34,756 bases of DNA from an uncultured Candidatus Saccharibacteria bacterium. GTDB taxonomy: Bacteria; Patescibacteriota; Minisyncoccia; Phycocordibacterales; XYD1-FULL-46-19. Every line of letters starts with the position of its first letter. Positions within the stretch are counted from its first letter, which is position 1. Location of the stretch: NCBI GenBank assembly GCA_964453715.1, contig CAYVQX010000002.1:1-34756 (forward strand). The letters run 5' to 3'. A program made the position numbers and the translations under genes. Shown here piece after piece: positions 6,906 through 14,975 of the stretch. The notes under the pieces were generated by a model that saw only the letters and a program-made list of their open reading frames with translations, had not been told where the DNA came from and searched no databases.

Positions 6906-9191
6906 ATGAATTTTAGTTGGAAAAAATTAATCCTATTCTTAATTATAATAACGACCCTATCTTATGCTGGCCCAATAAAAGCCCAATCTGGCCTTGGTAG
7001 TTATTCCGCCGGACAAACAGACTATTCTTCCATGTTTGATTCAGTAATTCAGGGTGTGGCCAATTTTATTGAGGGTATTGACCATAGTAATAATCAAACC
7101 ATAGACAAATACAATCAATATATAGACTCAATATCACAACAGATAGGGAATCTAGATAACTTAATAGAGTCTGGGCAAATGACGCCAGAAGAACTCCAAC
7201 AAGCAAACGATCAGTTAAGTAAACTGCACAATGAATTAAATTGGGCCACTTCAGCTAGGGATAACGTTGTCGCGAGTACACAACAGACAACAGGGCAAGC
7301 GAGGAAGGAGATAGCTGATGCTGCTAAATCAAATTATACTTGTAACTTTTTTAGTGGTGAATTTAGCGTAACTAACTGCGGTTTTGCCATAATGTCATGG
7401 GCCTTAACAATTGTTTTGTGGATAATATCTTGGATTTTATATTTAGCTTCTTGGATATTTAACGAATCGGTAAAATTTTCAATTTTAGATTTTTATACCT
7501 ATGCCCAATCATCAGGAGTTGCTGCCGCTTGGAAGATCGCGCGTGATTTAGCTAATATTTTCTTTATTTTTATTCTTCTCTACGTAGCAATAAAGACGGT
7601 TCTAGGGGAGGGTGGGGCACAAAAATTGGTCGCTAAAGTTATTATAATGGCACTTCTAGTCAACTTTAGCGCGGTTATACCTAGGGTCGTTATTGACGCT
7701 AGTAATATTTTGGCCCTGCAATTTTATAATAGTATTGGAGATGGTGAAAAACATGATATTAGCGCCACTATAATGAACTGGAATATTATTGGCGCACAAT
7801 CCTTAGGGGCAGAACCAACCTCACAAACTAGTAATATACCCGATTTACCTAGCTCTCTTATACAATCAGTTGGGATCGCTATTTTAATGATCACCTTGGC
7901 CTTTGTTTTAATTGTGGCCGCAGTGATGTTTTTATACAGAACTATAGCCCTACTTTTTATAATCATAGTCTCACCCGTAGCAGTTATGTCTTGGGCCTTA
8001 CCTAAATATAGTGGCCAAGGGGATAAGTGGTTAAGTAAGCTAATTAGTGAGTCTTTATATGCTCCGGCTTATTTGTTTTTACTCTATATGGTTGTGCAAA
8101 TATTTAAAAATACTGACCGATCCATAAATAGCGGCCTCTCGACTCAAATAATATTCTTTATCTTAATGAACTCAATGTTACTGGCCTGTGTGTCTGTAGC
8201 TAACTTCTTTGGAGCGGAGGGGTCCAAGAAGGCAGAGGGGATAGGAAAAAGTTTTAGAGGCTTCTTTACCGGCGCCGCTGCTGGTATAGCCGGGACAGCT
8301 GGTGTTTATACCCTTGGCCGAACGGCCCAAAAAATCGCAGAGAGTGATCGATTTAAAGATCTCGATAAAAAGTGGTATGGCCGCGCTATTAAAAACATAG
8401 GTCTAGATAAAGGCCTTAAAGCTGTTTCTAGTGGTAAATACGGTTCATCATCTAACTATAATGAGAGGGTAGAAAGAAATGCTGACCGCATTACCCAATG
8501 GAAAAACCCTGAAGACCAACTAAACTATTTAACTAGTTTAAATAGTACAGACCAGAAAGCCGCCTGGAAGAAATTAAGTGATAGACAAAAAACACTCTTA
8601 CAACAGAATGTAAATCACTTAGACGACAAAAATTCAAAAAAGAAAATCATTACCGACCTAATTAAAGGCATGTCCATTGAAGAACAAGAGAAAATGGATA
8701 AAGCTTTAGGTGACGCGGTAAAACAAAAATCTGAAGCAGTTGATAGATTTAATGCTGGTAGGGCGGTAGAGTTCTTTACTAAAGGTAAGGTTAGGGAGAT
8801 AAAAGAATTCCATAAAAATCCTGACGGTAGTGATGATGAGTCTAGGCCAATCTATAAAACCACTCCCGATGGTAAAGATATATATGAAGATTTTGACATC
8901 AATGTTCCCGGAGCCGATACTAAAGTCAAAAAGTACTTAGCTAAAGTTAAAGATAATCAATCTACACAATTATCGAAATCTCTTAAATTTAATACTAGTG
9001 ATGAAAAGAAGCTCAGTAACTTAATATTAAGGGAGCTAACACCAGGGCAAGTGATAAAATTATTAGGTGATGCTAATTTGGATAATTCCCAATACGCAAA
9101 TATAACTAGTTTCATCATCAATAACCCAGGAAGCACATTGAGTCGGGTGGTGAAAAAGGTTCCCGAGATTGGCGCTAAGTTTCTACCATAA
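6906..9191 (+). CDS. VirB6/TrbL-like polytopic membrane protein with a long hydrophilic C-terminal tail, 761 aa
   Basis: Signal/TM at the N-terminus, a ~120 aa coiled-coil-like segment, then a block of W/I/L/F-rich TM helices (AIMSWALTIVLWIISWILYLASWIF ... LANIFFIFILLYVAI ... AILMITLAFVLIVAAVMFLY ...). After that comes a ~290 aa K/D/E-rich tail. It sits next to PrgI and VirB4 homologues. Confidence 0.6.
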   Translation: MNFSWKKLILFLIIITTLSYAGPIKAQSGLGSYSAGQTDYSSMFDSVIQGVANFIEGIDHSNNQTIDKYNQYIDSISQQIGNLDNLIESGQMTPEELQQANDQLSKLHNELNWATSARDNVVASTQQTTGQARKEIADAAKSNYTCNFFSGEFSVTNCGFAIMSWALTIVLWIISWILYLASWIFNESVKFSILDFYTYAQSSGVAAAWKIARDLANIFFIFILLYVAIKTVLGEGGAQKLVAKVIIMALLVNFSAVIPRVVIDASNILALQFYNSIGDGEKHDISATIMNWNIIGAQSLGAEPTSQTSNIPDLPSSLIQSVGIAILMITLAFVLIVAAVMFLYRTIALLFIIIVSPVAVMSWALPKYSGQGDKWLSKLISESLYAPAYLFLLYMVVQIFKNTDRSINSGLSTQIIFFILMNSMLLACVSVANFFGAEGSKKAEGIGKSFRGFFTGAAAGIAGTAGVYTLGRTAQKIAESDRFKDLDKKWYGRAIKNIGLDKGLKAVSSGKYGSSSNYNERVERNADRITQWKNPEDQLNYLTSLNSTDQKAAWKKLSDRQKTLLQQNVNHLDDKNSKKKIITDLIKGMSIEEQEKMDKALGDAVKQKSEAVDRFNAGRAVEFFTKGKVREIKEFHKNPDGSDDESRPIYKTTPDGKDIYEDFDINVPGADTKVKKYLAKVKDNQSTQLSKSLKFNTSDEKKLSNLILRELTPGQVIKLLGDANLDNSQYANITSFIINNPGSTLSRVVKKVPEIGAKFLP

Positions 9192-9194
9192 ATT

Positions 9195-9686
9195 ATGAGA
9201 TTTACTCCACAACAAATAGAAGAGAGGAAAAAAATACTACCAGAAGATATTAGGGTGGCACTATCTTCTATGGATACTGGTGACAAGATTGAAGCTATCA
9301 GTACTAGACATAAGCTTCATATAGATCAGATGGGGGAGGTAAGCCGCCACACTGCCTATCTAATGTTAGGCTTATTAAAACCTTCTCAATTTATTCCTGA
9401 ATTAACCACAGCTCTTCACATCCCTCAAAAAGAAGCGGTTGAAATTGCCAAAGAGGTTAATGAGCAGATTTTTAAGCCGATTCGTGAGTCGCTTAAAAAA
9501 ATCCACCAACTAAATGATGCTGGGATGGGGGAAGTAGAGACCCCTAATCAAACTATTAAACCAGCCAAAACAGGTGATTTTGACGATCGTTTGGGTAAAT
9601 ACTTATCATCTACCCCAATTGAGCAAAACAAACCAAGCTCAATACCACCTTATACCCAAGATCCATATCGAGAGGCCATAAATTAA
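9195..9686 (+). CDS. Soluble 163-aa protein of unknown function within the T4SS-like operon
   Basis: No TM or signal peptide. Helical N-terminal ~110 aa, then a P/Q/T-rich tail. Starts 3 nt after the previous stop. Confidence 0.6.
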   Translation: MRFTPQQIEERKKILPEDIRVALSSMDTGDKIEAISTRHKLHIDQMGEVSRHTAYLMLGLLKPSQFIPELTTALHIPQKEAVEIAKEVNEQIFKPIRESLKKIHQLNDAGMGEVETPNQTIKPAKTGDFDDRLGKYLSSTPIEQNKPSSIPPYTQDPYREAIN

Positions 9687-9720
9687 GTTAATTTATATGA
9701 TATTATGTGGCTAAGAAAAT

Positions 9721-10137
9721 ATGAATTTTCAGGTGCCACAATTCATTGAGATTGAGGATAAAATCTTTGGTCCTTTAACTTTCAAGCAGTTTTTATATGT
9801 GGTTGGTGGGGTAGGGTTAGCCTTTATTCTGTATGTTTATTTACCTATTTATTTATCAATTATCCCAATAGTCGCCGTAGTGGGGACATCATTGATGTTG
9901 GCCTTTTTTAAGTATAATGAGCGGCCCTTTATCCAATTATTAGAATCTGCTTTTTATTACAGCTTAACCAATAAGTTATACGTGTGGAAAAAGGAGGGTA
10001 AACGTCAGCCAACCGTTGTGGCCACTAATACCCTAAACCAGTCTGAAGAGCAGTCTAAAATGAAGCTGCCTAAATTATCTAATAGTCGGCTCAAAGACTT
10101 ATCTTGGAGTTTAGATGTTAAAGATTTAATCCGTTAA
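9721..10137 (+). CDS. PrgI-family (VirB3-like) membrane protein, 138 aa
   Basis: N-terminus MNFQVPQFIEIEDKIFGPLTFKQFLYVVGGVGLAFILYVYLP followed by a second TM, which is the typical PrgI pattern. It lies just upstream of the VirB4-like ATPase, separated from it only by the 214-aa ORF. Confidence 0.65.
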   Translation: MNFQVPQFIEIEDKIFGPLTFKQFLYVVGGVGLAFILYVYLPIYLSIIPIVAVVGTSLMLAFFKYNERPFIQLLESAFYYSLTNKLYVWKKEGKRQPTVVATNTLNQSEEQSKMKLPKLSNSRLKDLSWSLDVKDLIR

Positions 10138-10139
10138 AT

Positions 10140-10784
10140 ATGGCCAACACTGCTAAAAATGCCAAGACCACTCAAGAGTTTCTCCCGATCCAAGAGATTA
10201 GGGATGGTGTAGTAGTACTTAAAAATGGTGGCTTAAGGTTAGTTTTAATTTGCTCTTCTCTTAATTTTTCTCTCAAATCACCAGATGAGCAACAAGCTCT
10301 TATCTTCCAATATCAAAACTTTTTAAACTCTTTGGACTTCCATGTTCAAATTTTTATCCAATCTCGCAAGCTTAATATTCAACCATACTTGATGGTTTTA
10401 GAAAAAAGATTAGCCGAGCAGAGTAATGACTTAATTAAAATCCAAACCAAGGAGTATATTGATTTTATTAAGAAATTTACTGAATCAGTAAACGTTATGG
10501 CTAAATCATTCTTTGTAATTATCCCTTTCGATCCACTTATTATTGACGTAGCCAAAGGAGGCTTTTTAAATCGTTTCCGCGGGGAGGGTAATAAATCTGC
10601 CGCCCAAACTAAAAAAGACAACTTTGAGGAGAGTAAGACCCAATTAGAGCAGCGCGCCTCGGTGGTAGAGCAAGGGTTAGCTCGGGTTGGTATCCGCACC
10701 GCCCCCTTAGGCACGGAGGAGTTAGTCGAGCTTTACTTTAAAATCTTTAACCCAGGGGAAAACGAGGTCCCAATTTTAGAATAA
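10140..10784 (+). CDS. 214-aa protein resembling a stand-alone VirB4 N-terminal domain
   Basis: QEFLPIQEIRDGVVVLKNGGLRLVLICSSLNFSLKSPDEQQALIFQYQNFLNSLDFHVQIFIQ resembles N-termini of Gram-positive VirB4-type ATPases. It also weakly resembles the N-terminus of the next ORF (TFFVISYPRF...INLDKVFDVSIFVH). No Walker motifs. Confidence 0.55.
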   Translation: MANTAKNAKTTQEFLPIQEIRDGVVVLKNGGLRLVLICSSLNFSLKSPDEQQALIFQYQNFLNSLDFHVQIFIQSRKLNIQPYLMVLEKRLAEQSNDLIKIQTKEYIDFIKKFTESVNVMAKSFFVIIPFDPLIIDVAKGGFLNRFRGEGNKSAAQTKKDNFEESKTQLEQRASVVEQGLARVGIRTAPLGTEELVELYFKIFNPGENEVPILE

Positions 10785-10785
10785 T

Positions 10786-12612
10786 ATGGCTATTTTAGAC
10801 TTCTTAACTGGCAAAAAAGCGGCTCCTGAGCCAACTTTAGTTACCCCTATTTTACCCCAAGACATCTACGAGATGGGGGTTTTAGAGCTTAAAGATATTA
10901 TTGCTCCATCGGCCTTAAGGATTACCTCTAAAGGGGTTAATTTGGGCGATAAATTAAGCCGGACCTTCTTTGTTATCTCTTATCCTAGATTTTTAACTGA
11001 GGGTTGGTTCTCGCCCGTAATTAACTTAGACAAGGTTTTTGATGTTTCAATCTTTGTCCATCCAATAGATACCAGTATTGCCCTCCGCCAACTCCAAAAA
11101 AAGGTGGCTGAGGTAGAGAGTCAGATTAGACTAAAAGAGGAGAGGGGATTAGTGCGAGACCCAGTTTTAGATGTTGCTTACCAAGATATTGAGTCGCTCC
11201 GTGACCAACTCCAACAAGCCCGGGAGAAAATTTTTGATGTTGGTGTATATATCACTATTTATGGTGACACTGATGAGGAGTTAGACAAAATTGAGACTGA
11301 GATTAAGTCTATTTTAGACTCTAAATTGGTTTATATTAAGCCAGCCCTCTTCCAACAAGAGGAGGGGTTTAAGAGTGTTGTGCCAACCGCCGATGACCTA
11401 CTTAAAGTTAACTCTAAGCTTAACTCCTCACCACTTTCCTCCCTGTTCCCGTTTGTGTCTTTTGACCTAACCTCAAACAAAGGTATTCTCTATGGTATCA
11501 ACCGCCAAAACTCCTCTCTAGTTCTTTTTGATCGCTTCTCGCTTGAAAATTATAACTCTGTTACCTTTGCTCAATCTGGTGCTGGTAAATCTTACGCCAC
11601 CAAATTAGAGATTTTACGCAGCTTAATGTTTGATGCAGATGTTATTGTTCTTGATCCAGAGCGAGAATATGAGTATTTAGCAGAGGCAGTTGGTGGTCGC
11701 TACTTTAACATCTCCTTAACCTCAGAGCACCACATTAACCCTTTTGACCTACCCTTCCCCCGAGAGGACGAGTCACCGGCTGACGTTTTACGCTCTAACA
11801 TTATTAACTTAGTTGGTTTATTTAGGATCATGTTGGGTGGCTTAACTCCAGAGGAGGACTCAATTATTGATAATGCTATCGCCGAGACTTATGCCTTAAA
11901 AGATATAACCGCCGATACCGACTACACCGGTAAGCCAGCTCCTCTCCTCTCTGACTTAGCTTTAGTTTTGGCTGGTATGGAGGGTGGTGAGTCATTGGCC
12001 CAACGCCTACTTAAATACACCCAAGGTACTTGGGCTGGTTTTATTAACAAACCAACTAACGTTGATATTAATAAAAACTTTGTTGTCTTCTCGGTCCGAG
12101 ATATGGAAGACGAGCTCAAGCCAGTGGTTATGTATATTGTGATGCACCATATTTGGAACTCGATTAGGCGCAACTTAAAAAAACGCCTCTTAGTTGTTGA
12201 CGAGGCTTGGTGGATGATGAAGGCCGAGGACACAGCCTCCTTCCTCTTCTCTTTGGTAAAACGAGGACGTAAATACTTTTTAGGTGTTTCTACTATTACT
12301 CAAGATGTTGAAGACTTCTTAAAATCTCCTTACGGTACACCAATTATTACCAACTCATCTATCCAATTACTACTTAAACAATCGCCGGCCTCTATTGATG
12401 TTGTGCAAAAAACTTTTAACTTAACTGATGAGGAAAAATTCTTGTTATTAGAGTCCCAAGTAGGGGAGGGTATCTTCTTTGCTGGTTTAAAACACGTGGC
12501 GATTAAAATTATTGCCTCTTATACAGAAGACCAGATTATTACATCTGATCCGTCGCAAATTTTAGCCATCCGCAAATCCCGAGAAGAACTTAAAGCTAGC
12601 CAAAACATCTAA
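10786..12612 (+). CDS. VirB4/TraE/PrgJ-type T4SS ATPase, 608 aa
   Basis: Walker A FAQSGAGKSYATK (GAGKS at 11578-11592). Walker B RLLVVDEAWWMM (DE at 12199-12204). GVSTITQDVEDF motif. N-terminal VirB4-type domain (RTFFVISYPRFLTEGWFSPV). Confidence 0.9.
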   Translation: MAILDFLTGKKAAPEPTLVTPILPQDIYEMGVLELKDIIAPSALRITSKGVNLGDKLSRTFFVISYPRFLTEGWFSPVINLDKVFDVSIFVHPIDTSIALRQLQKKVAEVESQIRLKEERGLVRDPVLDVAYQDIESLRDQLQQAREKIFDVGVYITIYGDTDEELDKIETEIKSILDSKLVYIKPALFQQEEGFKSVVPTADDLLKVNSKLNSSPLSSLFPFVSFDLTSNKGILYGINRQNSSLVLFDRFSLENYNSVTFAQSGAGKSYATKLEILRSLMFDADVIVLDPEREYEYLAEAVGGRYFNISLTSEHHINPFDLPFPREDESPADVLRSNIINLVGLFRIMLGGLTPEEDSIIDNAIAETYALKDITADTDYTGKPAPLLSDLALVLAGMEGGESLAQRLLKYTQGTWAGFINKPTNVDINKNFVVFSVRDMEDELKPVVMYIVMHHIWNSIRRNLKKRLLVVDEAWWMMKAEDTASFLFSLVKRGRKYFLGVSTITQDVEDFLKSPYGTPIITNSSIQLLLKQSPASIDVVQKTFNLTDEEKFLLLESQVGEGIFFAGLKHVAIKIIASYTEDQIITSDPSQILAIRKSREELKASQNI

Positions 12613-12614
12613 AC

Positions 12615-13085
12615 ATGGACGACATTAAAAAACCAAAAACAAAAGATGAAGACCGAGGCCCAAAAGATAAAGATGGTGATAAGGTAATTAATGGAAATGA
12701 CCCTAAGCAGGAGCCGCCACAACCTAAAAAATTAATTGGCACTAGTTTTTGGATAATGTTGTTTATTGTTATTATTAAAGATTTAATAGATGTAGTGGCT
12801 GATTTTTCAGTTGTTTTTTCAGTAATTGCTCCAATTACCGGCTTTATTGTAACGCTAATCTTATGGTTTTATTATTACTTAAGTGGAGTTAAAGCTTCAA
12901 CTAAAACTGTTTCGACTTTTGTTATTACCAGTATAATTGGATTAATCCCTTTTATTAATTTACTACCAGAGACAGCCTTAAACCTTATTTTAACTAGGAC
13001 GTTTGAGAATAATCAGAAACTTCAAAGAGTTGCTAAATTAGTTTCAGTTAAAAGTACTGCCAAATCAGCAATTGAAGCGGTATAA
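12615..13085 (+). CDS. Small polytopic membrane protein, 156 aa, with a K/D-rich N-terminus
   Basis: ~45 aa charged N-terminus, then 3-4 hydrophobic segments (FWIMLFIVIIKDLIDVVADFSVVFSVIAPITGFIVTLILWFYYYL..., FVITSIIGLIPFINLL). No family recognised. Confidence 0.6.
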   Translation: MDDIKKPKTKDEDRGPKDKDGDKVINGNDPKQEPPQPKKLIGTSFWIMLFIVIIKDLIDVVADFSVVFSVIAPITGFIVTLILWFYYYLSGVKASTKTVSTFVITSIIGLIPFINLLPETALNLILTRTFENNQKLQRVAKLVSVKSTAKSAIEAV

Positions 13086-13092
13086 TTAAATT

Positions 13093-14079
13093 ATGGTTAA
13101 ATTACTGAAGATTTTAATATTATTAACAATTATCTTAACCTCCTTTAGAATTTTTGCTTTTACTGAAAATACTGTGGGTGGGAATGTTTATAGCCAAGTT
13201 TTACCAAATGACCCATCACCAAACCAGGATGTATCTATTAACTTAACTAGTTATGATTTTAATCTTGATTTAAGTCAAATAGTTTGGACTATAAATAATC
13301 AAATCGTGGCAAGTGGTTTAGGTTTAAAAAAAATAAATTTTAAACTAGGGAATCAAAATTCACCATCTATAGTAAATGTTTCAATTGTTAGTCCATTAGG
13401 ACAAAGAGTCTTAAAAACTTTCAATTTTAATCCCGGAACAGTTGATTTATTATGGCAAGCAAACACTTATACTCCTAGTTTTTATCAAGGCAAATCTCTA
13501 CCATCATTAGGTAGTACTATAAAACTACTAGCTATACCAAATATTACTGATGGACAAAAAAATAAGATTCCAGATTCAAGGTTAGTTTTTAATTGGTATA
13601 AAAATGACAAATTATTAAGTGAATCATCTGGTATTGGCAAAAATACAACTGATATTAAATTAGATAACATTATTAGCCAAACAAATATTAAGGTCAATGT
13701 TTCATCCTTAACTGGTAATAGCGCCGTTGGCAGTACTACTATTAGGGTCGTTAATCCTCAAGTAATTTTCTACCCCAACAATTCCAGTTCGACTATTTAT
13801 AGCGCTCTAGGAAACGTTATAAGTGGTGGCTCTGTGGTTAATATAATTGCTGAACCATATTATTTTTCATTAGATGACTTAATCAACCAGTCAATAATAT
13901 TCCAGTGGCTAAGCGGTAATAAAATAATATCTAATACCCCCAACTTATACTTAGACAACAATAGGCCAAATTCACTACCCTTAACCCTTGTAGTTTCAAA
14001 CCAAAATTCAATTCTACAAAAGGTATCTAAAGATGTTACAATTCTATTAAATCCAAATGATAACAGCGCGGGATTTTAG
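13093..14079 (+). CDS. Secreted protein, 328 aa, with three internal beta-rich repeats
   Basis: Signal peptide MVKLLKILILLTIILTSFRIFA. A recurring module is marked by IVWTINNQIVASG / LVFNWYKNDKLLSES / IIFQWLSGNKIISNT, each followed by ...V(N/S)VS(I/S)... strands. Confidence 0.6.
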   Translation: MVKLLKILILLTIILTSFRIFAFTENTVGGNVYSQVLPNDPSPNQDVSINLTSYDFNLDLSQIVWTINNQIVASGLGLKKINFKLGNQNSPSIVNVSIVSPLGQRVLKTFNFNPGTVDLLWQANTYTPSFYQGKSLPSLGSTIKLLAIPNITDGQKNKIPDSRLVFNWYKNDKLLSESSGIGKNTTDIKLDNIISQTNIKVNVSSLTGNSAVGSTTIRVVNPQVIFYPNNSSSTIYSALGNVISGGSVVNIIAEPYYFSLDDLINQSIIFQWLSGNKIISNTPNLYLDNNRPNSLPLTLVVSNQNSILQKVSKDVTILLNPNDNSAGF

Positions 14080-14965
14080 ACTAATACTAACAAGTACCTT
14101 AGCCCTAGGTGCAGGTTTTATACTGTGGCCAAAGTTTATTTTAGCTGCCACCACCCAAGGATACACCTTCCTAGATCCATCTGTTTTTGGTTTAAACGGT
14201 GGGCAAGGTATTGATTTTATTGGTTATGCTAAATTAATTTATCAAACCATCTTAAGTGTGGTGGTTGTTATGTCAATTATTATGGTGGCAATGGGGGGGA
14301 TGGAGTATATTGCAAGTGGTGCTGGGGGAGCTAAGAGTGAGGGTAAGCAGAGGATTACAAATGCTTTAATTGGCTTACTTATTGCTTTAACTTCTTATTT
14401 AATTTTAAATACTATTGATCCTAGTTTTGTAAATTTTAAATTAAGTCTTTCTAAAATACAGACCGTAAGCACCCCGAGTATACCTAGTACTGGAAATAAT
14501 CCAAGTAATTCTACTGGGGGTGGGCCTAGTAGTGGGGGAGGGCCAACCCAATATCCTAGTGGCACATTATCTGAAGCAGATGCTAGGAATCAATTGGCCG
14601 CGGCTGGTATTTCTGTAAATAAAAATCCTTGCCCGGATGGCGTTCCATATACTAGTGTATCTGGTGGTTGCACTAACTTAGGTGGATTAAGCCAAGAAAG
14701 TATTAACCAAGTTATTAATCTTAAACAAAATTGTAATTGCCAAGTAATAGTAACTGGTGGGACAGAAGGAGGGCATTCACCTGGTGGTTTTTATGGAGCA
14801 CATACACCAGGCGGGACAGCTATTGATATTGGGCGTAATACGTCACTAGACAACTATATTCAAAACAATGGTGGTTCTCCAACAATGTCCCAAGGTAGGC
14901 CTATTTATCAAATAAATGGACGTAAATACTGGAGAGAAGATGATCTTCATTGGCACAGTTATTAA
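14057..14965 (+). CDS. T4SS pilin-like (VirB2/TrbC-type) N-terminal domain fused to a C-terminal putative LAS/M15-like peptidase domain, 302 aa
   Basis: The N-terminal ~125 aa has a signal/TM plus two hydrophobic helices around MGGMEYIASGAGGAKSEGKQRITNALIGLLIALTSYLILNTIDP, a pattern typical of CPR T4SS pilin-like proteins. A G/S/P linker follows. C-terminal motifs are HTPGGTAID (14801-14827) and terminal HWH (14948-14956). Overlaps the previous ORF by 23 nt. Confidence 0.6.
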   Translation: MITARDFRLILTSTLALGAGFILWPKFILAATTQGYTFLDPSVFGLNGGQGIDFIGYAKLIYQTILSVVVVMSIIMVAMGGMEYIASGAGGAKSEGKQRITNALIGLLIALTSYLILNTIDPSFVNFKLSLSKIQTVSTPSIPSTGNNPSNSTGGGPSSGGGPTQYPSGTLSEADARNQLAAAGISVNKNPCPDGVPYTSVSGGCTNLGGLSQESINQVINLKQNCNCQVIVTGGTEGGHSPGGFYGAHTPGGTAIDIGRNTSLDNYIQNNGGSPTMSQGRPIYQINGRKYWREDDLHWHSY

Positions 14966-14975
14966 ATAAAAGTTT

